A stretch of 64,000 nucleotides of DNA from an uncultured Gammaproteobacteria bacterium (GCA_964588165.1 CAZPMS010000006.1:3425-67424), one strand, 5' to 3'; positions 29,527 to 37,558 are shown, counted from the first letter of the stretch. Notes: generated from the letters alone by a model not told the origin. Translations and numbers: made by a program.

Positions 29527-29581
29527 AATTTAATTATATCAAAAAAAGACGCAAAGTCCTTAATTTGAAATTTATTTATAA

Positions 29582-30061
29582 TTATACTTTTAATTTTTCT
29601 TTCACTTTATTTACAACATCTTCTAATTTCCAGTCGCTTTTAATTAAATAATCATAGGCGCCACTTTCTAACATTTCAGCAATCTTTTCCCTATCATTTA
29701 AAACTGTTAATACTATTACCTGGACTTTACTACCCCATGTATCTTTTCTTAATTCCTTTAACATCTTTACTCCGTTCATCTTCGGCATAATAATATCTAA
29801 CAAGATAATATCAGGATGCTCTTTAAATGCAATTTCTAACCCTTCCTGGCCGTTTTTTGCCTGAAAAACCCCGAAGCCGTCAATCTTTGGCATAACCAGA
29901 TCTAAAAAAAGCAAATCAAACTTTTCACTTTTTAACAAATTTAATATTTCTTCACCATTATAAGCAACTTTTACATCAAAACCGGCACTTTTTAGTTTTA
30001 ATTCCAAAGCTTTAGCCATGGGCTTTTCATCTTCTCCTATTAAAATTTTCTTATTTGGCAT
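29582..30061 (-). CDS. stand-alone response-regulator receiver domain with internal duplication
   Basis: KILIGEDE acidic pocket; two tandem beta3-like segments (DLLFLDLVMPKIDG and DIILLDIIMPKMNG); VIVLT beta4; 159 aa versus a typical ~120. Confidence 0.7.
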   Translation of the reverse strand: MPNKKILIGEDEKPMAKALELKLKSAGFDVKVAYNGEEILNLLKSEKFDLLFLDLVMPKIDGFGVFQAKNGQEGLEIAFKEHPDIILLDIIMPKMNGVKMLKELRKDTWGSKVQVIVLTVLNDREKIAEMLESGAYDYLIKSDWKLEDVVNKVKEKLKV

Positions 30062-30129
30062 AAAAAATAAAATTATTGTTGATATTATACCATTTTATAT
30101 AATTTTTGTAACTAAAATAACTATTTCAG

Positions 30130-31371
30130 CTATTCTTCAAAAATAAAATCCGGATAATAATTTCTGGCGTTCCACAATAGCCAGCCAGCCGTACTAGTGG
30201 CTGCTTCTGTTACATTAATCTGACTTTTGATTTTCTGATAGTCATATGTTGCACCTAAACTGAAAGCTTGGAGCCAAGGCCTTAATTTGCCTCTTTTTTC
30301 TTCTAAGGCAGGTGAACTTATATTTAAGCCATAGCTGACTACTTGGCCTGGATAAGCAGCCGGATTATCAAAACCCAAATAATTTGGCGGATAATGCGAA
30401 GGATAAACCATTGGGCAAATAAAATCAAAACTTTCTGCTGCATCAACTAGAACCTGTCCTATGCCTAAATCATAGCCCGTTTCCACGTTGTCCAAAACTA
30501 GACCGAACAAATCAACGGATATTTTAGTTTTATCCGAAAGTTGGCTGGAGGCATAAATAAAAAAATCTTTTAAGGCATCTGATCTGGTTTTGCCTTCTGG
30601 TAAATTATAGCTTAAGTTCCCAATAGGGCCATCGCTGGGATAGCGGATATAATCAAAATTAATTTCATCAAAGCCTAATTCAATTGCCTCCTTACTGATA
30701 GATAAGTTATAATCCCAAACTTCTTGCTTTTGCGGGTCGGACCAAGGCCTGCCTGCATAATTATGCCAAGTGTTGCCATTATAAGTTTTTAAAGCTAAAT
30801 CAGGATTGCTACCAACCAGCTTAGGATCCTGGAAAATAACCTGCCGGGCAATAACGTAAATTCCTGCTTGATGAAAATCATCTAAAACTTTTTCTACATC
30901 AGGCATATGTAAAGTAACTGCTCCAAACTGTTTAACTTCTTCTATATCTGTATTATATAAAACCCGTCCATAAGCATCTTTAATATCAATAACTACTGAA
31001 TTAATATAGCCAGCTGACATTTTTTCAATCAACTGGCTGCGAAAGTCGTCACGGCTGGCTGAATATGCTGTTAAATATATTCCTCTAACATATTCGGGAA
31101 GCTCAACATGATTTTGTTCTTCTTCTATTGGTTTAATAGTTTCTAAAATATTCTGTATTGGAAACTGGCTGAAATTAATAATTTGTTCAAATTTTAACAA
31201 TTGACTTTGTTGTAAAATAAAAAAGCCACTGGCAATTACTGCCACAGCAAAAATTGAATAATAAATTATGGTTTTATGTTTGTTTTCCACCTCTTTATCA
31301 TATCTTATTTTTGCTGGTTTGAAAACTAAAAAACCAGCCGACAAGGCGGGTGAACTTTTTAAAAAATACAA
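30130..31371 (-). CDS. putative glycoside-hydrolase-like TIM-barrel protein (COG1306-like), membrane-anchored
   Basis: 413 aa; N-terminal transmembrane helix; RGIYLTAYSA...VIDIKD motif. Confidence 0.35.
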   Translation of the reverse strand: MYFLKSSPALSAGFLVFKPAKIRYDKEVENKHKTIIYYSIFAVAVIASGFFILQQSQLLKFEQIINFSQFPIQNILETIKPIEEEQNHVELPEYVRGIYLTAYSASRDDFRSQLIEKMSAGYINSVVIDIKDAYGRVLYNTDIEEVKQFGAVTLHMPDVEKVLDDFHQAGIYVIARQVIFQDPKLVGSNPDLALKTYNGNTWHNYAGRPWSDPQKQEVWDYNLSISKEAIELGFDEINFDYIRYPSDGPIGNLSYNLPEGKTRSDALKDFFIYASSQLSDKTKISVDLFGLVLDNVETGYDLGIGQVLVDAAESFDFICPMVYPSHYPPNYLGFDNPAAYPGQVVSYGLNISSPALEEKRGKLRPWLQAFSLGATYDYQKIKSQINVTEAATSTAGWLLWNARNYYPDFIFEE

Positions 31372-31374
31372 ACC

Positions 31375-31995
31375 TTATCCTTTAAAATCGTTTTTATATA
31401 TAAAATCTACAATATTTCGTATTTGACTCATGTACGGTAGATACATATCATGTAAAATGACTTTCTTTAATTGCCATTTTTCTATGTTTATATCCCGTTC
31501 AGATTTGTCACGATATTTAGCTTTCAACAATGCAATATTTTCAGGTGTATCAACCAAAATATTAAGATTGGATTGATTCTTAAAAATTATAGATGATAAT
31601 AACCCCTCAAAAAGAACTAATTTACATTTAGAAGCATCAATGTAAATTTCTTTATCTAACTCTCCGTTACTAATATTGTAACAATTTTTTTCTACAAATT
31701 TCTGTTTTTGTTTAATTTTTTCTAACACCTCCTGTGCCTTTTCTTTATTATACCAATCCATCAAAACACCTTTATCTTGCTCAAATTTATCTTTCCACTG
31801 TGTTCGAGGGATCTTGAAAAATAAATCCATCGTAAGTAAAATGGATTCTTTAAGGGAATATTTAATAATCTGATCTGCAAGATAACTTTTACCACTTCCT
31901 ACAATACCCTCAATAACTATAATAACTGGAAAATTTGTTTGCTCCTGTAAACTAATTATTTTTTGCTTAATTTTTTTAAATGTTACTGAGTCCAT
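31375..31995 (-). CDS. P-loop kinase (uridine kinase / phosphoribulokinase-like)
   Basis: Walker A GIVGSGKS at the N-terminus; 206 aa. Confidence 0.4.
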   Translation of the reverse strand: MDSVTFKKIKQKIISLQEQTNFPVIIVIEGIVGSGKSYLADQIIKYSLKESILLTMDLFFKIPRTQWKDKFEQDKGVLMDWYNKEKAQEVLEKIKQKQKFVEKNCYNISNGELDKEIYIDASKCKLVLFEGLLSSIIFKNQSNLNILVDTPENIALLKAKYRDKSERDINIEKWQLKKVILHDMYLPYMSQIRNIVDFIYKNDFKG

Positions 31996-32034
31996 AAAAT
32001 TCCCTTTTCAGTAATTAATATCTTATCATGCAAA

Positions 32035-32130
32035 TGGCAGGGATTTGCCCCGCTTTTCGTGAAAGGCGGGATAAAAACCCAGACCAACGGTTTTGGACCC
32101 AGCCCTTCGCGAAGGGCTGGGTGGAGACCC
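32035..32130 (-). pseudogene. partial copy of the tRNA-Trp 3' half interrupted by two GC-rich hairpins
   Basis: Minus strand reads GGTCTCCA[cccagcccttcgcgaagggctgggtcc]AAAACCGTTGGTCTGGGTT[tttatcccgcctttcacgaaaagcgggg]CAAATCCCTGCCA. It matches positions ~29-76 of the adjacent tRNA-Trp and has no 5' half. Confidence 0.6.
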
Positions 32131-32148
32131 TCAAAAATCATATTATTT

Positions 32149-32223
32149 TGGCAGGAGCGCTAGGATTTGAACCCAGACCAACGGTTTTGGAGACCGTCAT
32201 GCTACCATTGACACCACGCTCCC
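32149..32223 (-). tRNA. tRNA-Trp (anticodon CCA)
   Basis: GGGAGCGTGGTGTCAATGGTAGCATGACGGTCTCCAAAACCGTTGGTCTGGGTTCAAATCCTAGCGCTCCTGCCA; cloverleaf with anticodon loop CTCCAAA; CCA encoded. Confidence 0.85.
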
Positions 32224-32258
32224 ATCAAAAAAATATGATTATCTTAAATTTAATCTCT

Positions 32259-32483
32259 TTAAAAGACCATGATAAGCGATCCATATTGTTTTAGTTTTCT
32301 TTCCCTCACTTTGGCATCTATTTCTTTCTGATACGCTTCATAATAAAACAATTTGGGATTTTTCATCCGTTTAGTAGTATACACTTTTCCACTTTTATGT
32401 TCAGACAATCGTCTATTTAGGTTATTAGTATACCCTATGTATATTTTCCCATGATCATCAAGTTGTAAATAAACATAATACAT
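32259..32483 (-). CDS. small GIY-YIG nuclease family protein (74 aa)
   Basis: YYVYLQLDDHGKIYIGYTNNLNRRLSEHK matches the GIY-(10)-YIG...R...E core; ends 35 nt upstream of tRNA-Trp. Confidence 0.65.
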   Translation of the reverse strand: MYYVYLQLDDHGKIYIGYTNNLNRRLSEHKSGKVYTTKRMKNPKLFYYEAYQKEIDAKVRERKLKQYGSLIMVF

Positions 32484-32552
32484 AATCGCTTTTCTTAATT
32501 CTTAAAAATAGATATCAAAAAACACTACTTACCGATTACTGTTTACTAATAA

Positions 32553-32963
32553 CTAATTTCTCAGATACTGTTCAAGATTTAAATCATCAATAAGTTCTGG
32601 AAATTTCTTTAGCAAATAAACATGGCGATCTGTTCTTTCACCGGTAGCCTCATTAAACAGTGGGTTGCTGCCGGTATATACTGTATCTTTACTGTTACCG
32701 TATTTATTCAGGTTTTTTTCTTCCAGCCATTGGTCTATTTTTTCTTTGCCTTGTGAAGTGAGTTGAGCCACGAAATCATCAGCCCATCCTTCACCCTGTT
32801 CTTCCCACCAGTTTTGAGCTTCATCCAAACCTTGGTTGATTAGTAAAGGAGTTTTTTCTTCAACTTTAGTTTGCCAAGAAGCCAGCCAGGCAGAAATATC
32901 TTCATGCCAGATAAGGCCGACTAAAGCACCCATTATTATTATGAATAAAAGCGTCTTTATCAT
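32553..32963 (-). CDS. hypothetical secreted or membrane-anchored protein, Trp/acidic-rich (136 aa)
   Basis: N-terminal hydrophobic helix followed by an acidic, W-rich soluble region. Confidence 0.45.
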   Translation of the reverse strand: MIKTLLFIIIMGALVGLIWHEDISAWLASWQTKVEEKTPLLINQGLDEAQNWWEEQGEGWADDFVAQLTSQGKEKIDQWLEEKNLNKYGNSKDTVYTGSNPLFNEATGERTDRHVYLLKKFPELIDDLNLEQYLRN

Positions 32964-32981
32964 ACTTTTGATAAATTTAGC

Positions 32982-33137
32982 TTATTTAGTTTCTTTGTGG
33001 AGGGTATGTTTTTTACAATGTTTACAGAATTTCTTAAGTTCCAATCTTTCCTTTAAAGTTTTTTTGTTCTTTCTGGAATATTGGTTGACTCTTTTGCACT
33101 CTGTACATTCTAACTTTATCAAGTTATCTTGCGACAT
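32982..33137 (-). CDS. rpmG: 50S ribosomal protein L33
   Basis: 51-aa [54 protein letters not shown] with the C-x2-C...C-x2-C L33 pattern; missed by the ORF track (<60 aa). Confidence 0.85.
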   Translation of the reverse strand: MSQDNLIKLECTECKRVNQYSRKNKKTLKERLELKKFCKHCKKHTLHKETK

Positions 33138-33211
33138 AGTATTTTTAGTTAAATTACAAATTATTTAATGGCCGCGCCATGAAGTTTATGAGCGCAGCGA
33201 ATAATACTTCA

Positions 33212-33286
33212 TGGAGCCGAGAAGAGGAATCGAACCCCCAACCTACAGTTTACAAAACTGTTGCTCTACCATTGAGCTATCTCGGC
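33212..33286 (-). tRNA. tRNA-Thr (anticodon TGT)
   Basis: GCCGAGATAGCTCAATGGTAGAGCAACAGTTTTGTAAACTGTAGGTTGGGGGTTCGATTCCTCTTCTCGGCTCCA. Confidence 0.85.
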
Positions 33287-33308
33287 GTGTATCTATTTTT
33301 AAAATGTT

Positions 33309-33415
33309 CCTACAGTTTATGCCGCCTTTAGGAGGTGGCAAAACTGTTGCTCCCTGCCCCGTTTACTCCAAACAAATGTGAGGAGTTATGCGGGGTACCA
33401 TTGAGCTACAACGGC
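33309..33415 (-). pseudogene. partial tRNA-Thr(TGT)-like 5' copy with hairpin insertions in the D-loop and anticodon loop
   Basis: GCCGTTGTAGCTCAATGGTA[ccccgcataactcctcacatttgtttggagtaaacggggcagg]GAGCAACAGTTTTG[ccacctcctaaaggcggcataa]ACTGTAGG. Acceptor GCCGTTG differs from the intact gene (GCCGAGA). No T-arm or 3' end. Confidence 0.6.
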
Positions 33416-33553
33416 TCGTTAGACTCACGATGCCTCTCAACTTCGTTCGAGACACTCGACTTCTTCTTAATATATCTCATTATATATCTCATTAATAAAT
33501 TATGGTCGTAGGCCACGAGCGTAGTATCGAACAAAGTGAGATACGAAGTCGAG

Positions 33554-33638
33554 TGGTGGGCCGGGCAGGATTCGAACCTGCGAAGGCAGAGCCAACAGAT
33601 TTACAGTCTGTCCCGTTTGACCGCTTCGGTACCGACCC
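33554..33638 (-). tRNA. tRNA-Tyr (anticodon GTA), long variable arm
   Basis: GGGTCGGTACCGAAGCGGTCAAACGGGACAGACTGTAAATCTGTTGGCTCTGCCTTCGCAGGTTCGAATCCTGCCCGGCCCACCA. Confidence 0.85.
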
Positions 33639-33885
33639 ACAAATTTTTAACTAGCTCCTTAAAGGCTCTTCCTCCTTTATAAGATTTTATCAGAAGCTCT
33701 CTTTTATATGCATCTTGTTTAGAAAAATATCTTTCCGAATAAACCAACTTCCAAGGGACACCTGATTTTGTTGATTTTACAAAACCTTTATTATGTCTAG
33801 CTAAACGATTAAATAAATTCTTACAATGACCTGTATAGTATCTATCTAAAGATTTACTATGCAATATATAAACTATAAACATCAC
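33601..33885 (-). CDS. small GIY-YIG nuclease family protein (94 aa) whose last 13 codons and stop lie inside tRNA-Tyr
   Basis: FIVYILHSKSLDRYYTGHCKNLFNRLARHN GIY-YIG core. The C-terminus WVGTEAVKRDRL* is encoded by the tRNA-Tyr 5' half (tgggtcggtaccgaagcggtcaaacgggacagaCTGTAA), with TAA sitting in the anticodon loop. Confidence 0.6.
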   Translation of the reverse strand: MMFIVYILHSKSLDRYYTGHCKNLFNRLARHNKGFVKSTKSGVPWKLVYSERYFSKQDAYKRELLIKSYKGGRAFKELVKNLWVGTEAVKRDRL

Positions 33886-33938
33886 TTTTCATTTAAGATT
33901 TATGCCCGCCTATGGCGGCACCCCGCCGTAGGCGGTGG

Positions 33939-33995
33939 CAGTCTGTCCCGTTTATCCCGCCAAAGGCGGCGATTTGACCGCTTCGGTACCGACCC
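33939..33995 (-). pseudogene. partial copy of the tRNA-Tyr 5' half ending after anticodon-loop ...CTG, with a D-loop hairpin insertion
   Basis: GGGTCGGTACCGAAGCGGTCAAA[tcgccgcctttggcgggata]AACGGGACAGACTG then unrelated hairpin sequence; lies immediately upstream of the GIY-YIG ORF. Confidence 0.65.
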
Positions 33996-33997
33996 GA

Positions 33998-34085
33998 TGG
34001 AGCCGTTGTGCGGACTCGAACCACAAACCCCTTCCTTACCCCCGCAAGATTTCGTTTCACTCAATCTGCGGGGCAAGCATGGAAG
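33998..34085 (-). pseudogene. partial tRNA-Thr(GGT)-like 3' half with a 39-nt hairpin in the anticodon loop
   Basis: CTTCCATG[cttgccccgcagattgagtgaaacgaaatcttgcggggg]TAAGGAAGGGGTTTGTGGTTCGAGTCCGCACAACGGCTCCA; 3' acceptor strand CAACGGC complements the GCCGTTG of the 5' fragments. Confidence 0.6.
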
Positions 34086-34103
34086 TATATCCTGCCAATA
34101 GCC

Positions 34104-34179
<76 letters not shown>

Positions 34180-34202
34180 GCCTGGCTATTGGCAAAAAAT
34201 AA

Positions 34203-34273
34203 AAGTGCTCCCTGCCCCGCTTACTCCGAACAAAAGTAGGAGTTATGCGGGGTACCAACTGAGCTACAACGGC
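34203..34273 (-). pseudogene. partial tRNA-Thr(GGT)-like 5' fragment with a D-loop hairpin
   Basis: GCCGTTGTAGCTCAGTTGGTA[ccccgcataactcctacttttgttcggagtaagcggggcagg]GAGCACTT. It stops in the anticodon stem, where the 3' fragment at 33998..34085 begins (CTT overlap). Confidence 0.6.
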
Positions 34274-34318
34274 AATAATGTTTTTTTAAAAAAACATATT
34301 CTTATGGCATAACTTCTT

Positions 34319-34371
34319 TCTACCCCAGCCAAAGGCTGGTCCGCCTCTGACGGAAACTGAGCTATGTCGGC
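34319..34371 (-). pseudogene. third truncated tRNA 5' fragment with a D-loop hairpin
   Basis: GCCGACATAGCTCAGTT[tccgtcagaggcggaccagcctttggctgg]GGTAGA. Confidence 0.45.
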
Positions 34372-34394
34372 ACGTTAGGCATTACTTTATTTAA

Positions 34395-35279
34395 CTATAA
34401 CTTCTCAATCACTTCCTTAAATTCTGATAATTTTTGATTTTCAGGATTAACTTCCTTTAACTGGCTAAAAGCCTTTAAAGCAGCACCTTTATCTCGGACT
34501 ATTATACTGACTTCTATCAAAAAGTCAAGAACTTTGGGGTTATTAGGCTCAATACTGGCAGCACGGCTAATTATTTCAAAGGCCTGTTCCGGCTCATCTA
34601 AATTTAAATATACTTCGGAAAGGTCCAAATAGCTGGAAATATCGGTTGAATCTAATTCTAAAGATCTCTGTAACTCCTGCTGGGCCTTTTTTAAATCACC
34701 TTTATCTGAAGCAATTTCACCCAAGCTCCGATAAACAGAAGAATCCTGATCGTTTAAATTTAATAGGAATTCAAAGGTTTCTTTAGCGTGTTCGTAATCT
34801 TTCTGTTCTAAATAAAGTTTGCCTAAGCCTTTATAGGCAATAGTGTTTTTATTATCAACCTGCAGGATTTCAATATACTTTTTTTCCGCTTCAGCATATT
34901 TGCCAAGTTTAGCTAAAGTTTCTGCTTCAGTTAAAAGCTGGTTAGTAAACTGCTGTTTATCAACTTTATCTTTAAAGCTTGATTTGAGCGTCTTGTGCCT
35001 GTATTTTTCCTCCAACTCTATCAAGCGCTGATACCAATTTTTAGATTTACTTATAATTAGTCTGCCCAAGGGTTTTAAAAATAATAATGATTTATCCAGA
35101 GTTCCTTTAAATCTTCTATCTAACCTTTCTTCTAAAATTTTTCTTTTTACCTGAAGCTGCTTTACCATGGGGGTTGCCTTAGAATTTACAGCTACTGCCT
35201 TGGGTACCTTCTTTAAAAAAATGTAAGCAATAACTCCCAAGCTAACTATAATGATTACTATTAAAACGTAAAAAAACAT
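34395..35279 (-). CDS. TPR-repeat protein with N-terminal transmembrane anchor
   Basis: 294 aa; N-terminal helix, then several 34-aa TPR-like units (AEAEKKYIEILQVD..., AKETFEFLLNLN...). Confidence 0.6.
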   Translation of the reverse strand: MFFYVLIVIIIVSLGVIAYIFLKKVPKAVAVNSKATPMVKQLQVKRKILEERLDRRFKGTLDKSLLFLKPLGRLIISKSKNWYQRLIELEEKYRHKTLKSSFKDKVDKQQFTNQLLTEAETLAKLGKYAEAEKKYIEILQVDNKNTIAYKGLGKLYLEQKDYEHAKETFEFLLNLNDQDSSVYRSLGEIASDKGDLKKAQQELQRSLELDSTDISSYLDLSEVYLNLDEPEQAFEIISRAASIEPNNPKVLDFLIEVSIIVRDKGAALKAFSQLKEVNPENQKLSEFKEVIEKL

Positions 35280-35284
35280 ATTTC

Positions 35285-36139
35285 TTAAATATTAAATAAA
35301 TTGGCTTTTTTTTCAACTACTTGGCTTACTGCTTCTATAGAAGGTTTTATAACTTCACGGGGGTCAACTAAATTCCCTTCCATTTTTATAGTTTGTTTTA
35401 AACTATTGGTAAAGGCAATTCTTAAATCGGTATCCACATTAATTACCCTAACGCCGCCGCCGATTGCCTTTTTAACTTGTTTATCTTCTACGCCAGAACC
35501 GCCATGCAGAACAATGGGAATATCAATTTCCTTAGTTATTTTTTTTAATCTGGCAAAATCAATATTTTCTTCTCCTACAAAATTACCATGCATGCTGCCA
35601 ATAGAAACAGCTACAGTATTAACCCCTGTTCTTTCTATAAATTCCTTAATCTGTTCTGGATTTGTCATTAACTTTTTTAAATCTTCTCCTTGCTGCATCT
35701 TTATAAGCCCTTCTTTGCCGTAAATGTTGCCCAATTCTCCTTGAACCCAAACTCCTTTTTCTTTAGCTATTTCCACTGCTTCTTTGGTTAGCTTTATATT
35801 TTCTTCAAAAGAATACTCTGAAGCGTCCATGTGGACAGAAGAAAAACCCAGTTCAACACAAGCCCTTAGAACTTCCAAATTTTTACCGTGATCTAAATGA
35901 ATGGCTATAGGCACATCTCCACTTTCTTTTTCTATGGTCTTCTTAATTAAACAGTACAAAGCCTCTAAACCGGCATACTTTATGGATTTTTCAGTAACTT
36001 GAATAATAGCGGGTAAATTTGACTTCTTTATTCCACTGACAATACCTTGGGTAACTTCTAAATTAAAAGTATTAAAAGCGCCTGCTGCTGTTTGGTTTTT
36101 TACTTTTTCTTCAACTATTTCTTTAATATGAGTTAACAT
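35285..36139 (-). CDS. fba: class II fructose-bisphosphate aldolase
   Basis: 284 aa; IAIHLDHG zinc-binding motif, HGGSG motif. Confidence 0.85.
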   Translation of the reverse strand: MLTHIKEIVEEKVKNQTAAGAFNTFNLEVTQGIVSGIKKSNLPAIIQVTEKSIKYAGLEALYCLIKKTIEKESGDVPIAIHLDHGKNLEVLRACVELGFSSVHMDASEYSFEENIKLTKEAVEIAKEKGVWVQGELGNIYGKEGLIKMQQGEDLKKLMTNPEQIKEFIERTGVNTVAVSIGSMHGNFVGEENIDFARLKKITKEIDIPIVLHGGSGVEDKQVKKAIGGGVRVINVDTDLRIAFTNSLKQTIKMEGNLVDPREVIKPSIEAVSQVVEKKANLFNI

Positions 36140-36162
36140 AATATGATGATTGAAAACTGTTG

Positions 36163-36186
36163 ATTGATGATTGATGAATAATGATT
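36163..36186. repeat. leader motif TTGATGAATAATGATT, one of three exact copies
   Basis: Identical 16-mer at 36166, 42101 and 47829, each within about 30 nt upstream of a minus-strand start codon (fba, HD hydrolase, rluB). Confidence 0.5.
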
Positions 36187-36223
36187 AAAAACTAATCAAT
36201 CATTAATTTTTAATTATTAGTTA

Positions 36224-36988
36224 TTAGCTCTGTTTAACTAATTCAATAAATGTATCCGGCTTTAATGAAGCTCCACCAACTAAAATACCGTCCACCGTTG
36301 GCTGAGAAGTAAAACTGTTAACATTTTCCGGGTTAACACTGCCGCCATAAGTGATGCTGGTTTTCTTATCGGCAATCTCTAAAGATAATTTATCCAATAA
36401 AACCTGCCGTATTACCCTGTTAGTATGTTCTGCTTCTTCTGCCTGAACAGCCTGGCCAGAACCAATTACCCAAACAGGTTCGTAAGCAATTACCAAATAA
36501 TCATCCGATAAAATTTTAACATCTGCCAATGCCTTATTAATCTGCTCCATAATCACAAAATCTTTTCTGCCTTCTTTCCTTTGTTCAAAAGTTTCACCCA
36601 CGCAGATAATGGGAATTAAATTATTTTTAAGGGCAGACAAAACCTTTTTATTAACCATTTCATCTGTTTCTTTTAAATACTGCCTCCTTTCGGAATGGCC
36701 AACAATAACATATTTACAACCCAGCTCCTTTAAAACTTTAGGTGAAACTTCGCCGGTAAAAGCGCCTTCATCGTCCCAAAAGCAATTTTGGGCGCCTAAA
36801 GATACTTTATTTGAATTTTTTACAACCTCGCCAATGGAAGCGATTGAATCAAAAGTTGGACACAGTATAACTTCCACTTTTCCTTCTGACCATTCATTTT
36901 CTTTTTCTACAATTTCTTCTGCCAGCTTAAGGCTTTCGGAAGGTTTAAGATTCATTTTCCAATTAGCAATTATAATTGTTTTTTTCAT
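36224..36988 (-). CDS. tpiA: triose-phosphate isomerase
   Basis: IIANWKMN start, GHSERR, ILCVGE-like motifs; 254 aa. Confidence 0.9.
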   Translation of the reverse strand: MKKTIIIANWKMNLKPSESLKLAEEIVEKENEWSEGKVEVILCPTFDSIASIGEVVKNSNKVSLGAQNCFWDDEGAFTGEVSPKVLKELGCKYVIVGHSERRQYLKETDEMVNKKVLSALKNNLIPIICVGETFEQRKEGRKDFVIMEQINKALADVKILSDDYLVIAYEPVWVIGSGQAVQAEEAEHTNRVIRQVLLDKLSLEIADKKTSITYGGSVNPENVNSFTSQPTVDGILVGGASLKPDTFIELVKQS

Positions 36989-37007
36989 AATATTAAAATT
37001 TAAATTT

Positions 37008-37472
37008 TTAGAAAAAACTAAATATTCCCAAAGTTGCCAAAACCACCAAAACTGCGGAAAGGATAAGGCCGGTTATAATCAATAATAAAGCTCTATTTTT
37101 TGGAATGTCAAACAAATATGCGATTATAGCACCGGTCCAAAAGCCGGATCCTGGCAAAGGCACGGCCACAAATAAAATTAACGCCCACTGGCCATACTTC
37201 GTATATTTCTTTACCGCCCTATCTCTGGTTTTTTCAAAAATCCAGTTAAAAAATCTTTCTAAAAAACCAATATGCTTAGATAATAACTTAACCGCCGGAT
37301 CAATAAACTTAAGCAACAAATAACTGCCGATAAAACTGCCCAAAAGCGACCAAAGAACAGCTTGAAAAACAGACATTTTATAAACAACTATAGCCACAGG
37401 AATAGAAGCCCTAATTTCCCCTATAGGCAAAGCTGAAAGTAAAATTGTTAGTATTTCTGGTGGTAAATTCAT
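37008..37472 (-). CDS. small multi-pass membrane protein (COG2426-like)
   Basis: 154 aa, 4 transmembrane helices. Confidence 0.4.
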   Translation of the reverse strand: MNLPPEILTILLSALPIGEIRASIPVAIVVYKMSVFQAVLWSLLGSFIGSYLLLKFIDPAVKLLSKHIGFLERFFNWIFEKTRDRAVKKYTKYGQWALILFVAVPLPGSGFWTGAIIAYLFDIPKNRALLLIITGLILSAVLVVLATLGIFSFF

Positions 37473-37558
37473 CTTTAAAATAGCTTAAATTGCTAAATAT
37501 GTAAACATTTTAGGAGGTAAGGATGTTAGAAGGTTAGTTAAACCGACATCTTAGCATT

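Noticed and set aside
32028-32294. ORF 32028..32294(+)
   Set aside because: It spans tRNA-Trp and its partial copy on the opposite strand. The region is RNA-gene sequence, not coding.
33601-33638. Treating the overlap of GIY-YIG ORF 33601..33885 with tRNA-Tyr as an annotation error, and truncating the ORF
   Set aside because: The frame is open continuously into the tRNA and stops at the anticodon-loop TAA. The same breakpoint is seen in the upstream tRNA fragment. The overlap therefore looks biological and was kept, with the uncertainty flagged.
34086-34103. Short 39-nt anticodon-loop insert as a self-splicing (group I) tRNA intron
   Set aside because: It is far too short for a group I or group II intron. 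There is no bulge-helix-bulge motif evident. An intact intron-less copy is adjacent. Hence it is interpreted as a hairpin-element insertion in a pseudo-tRNA.
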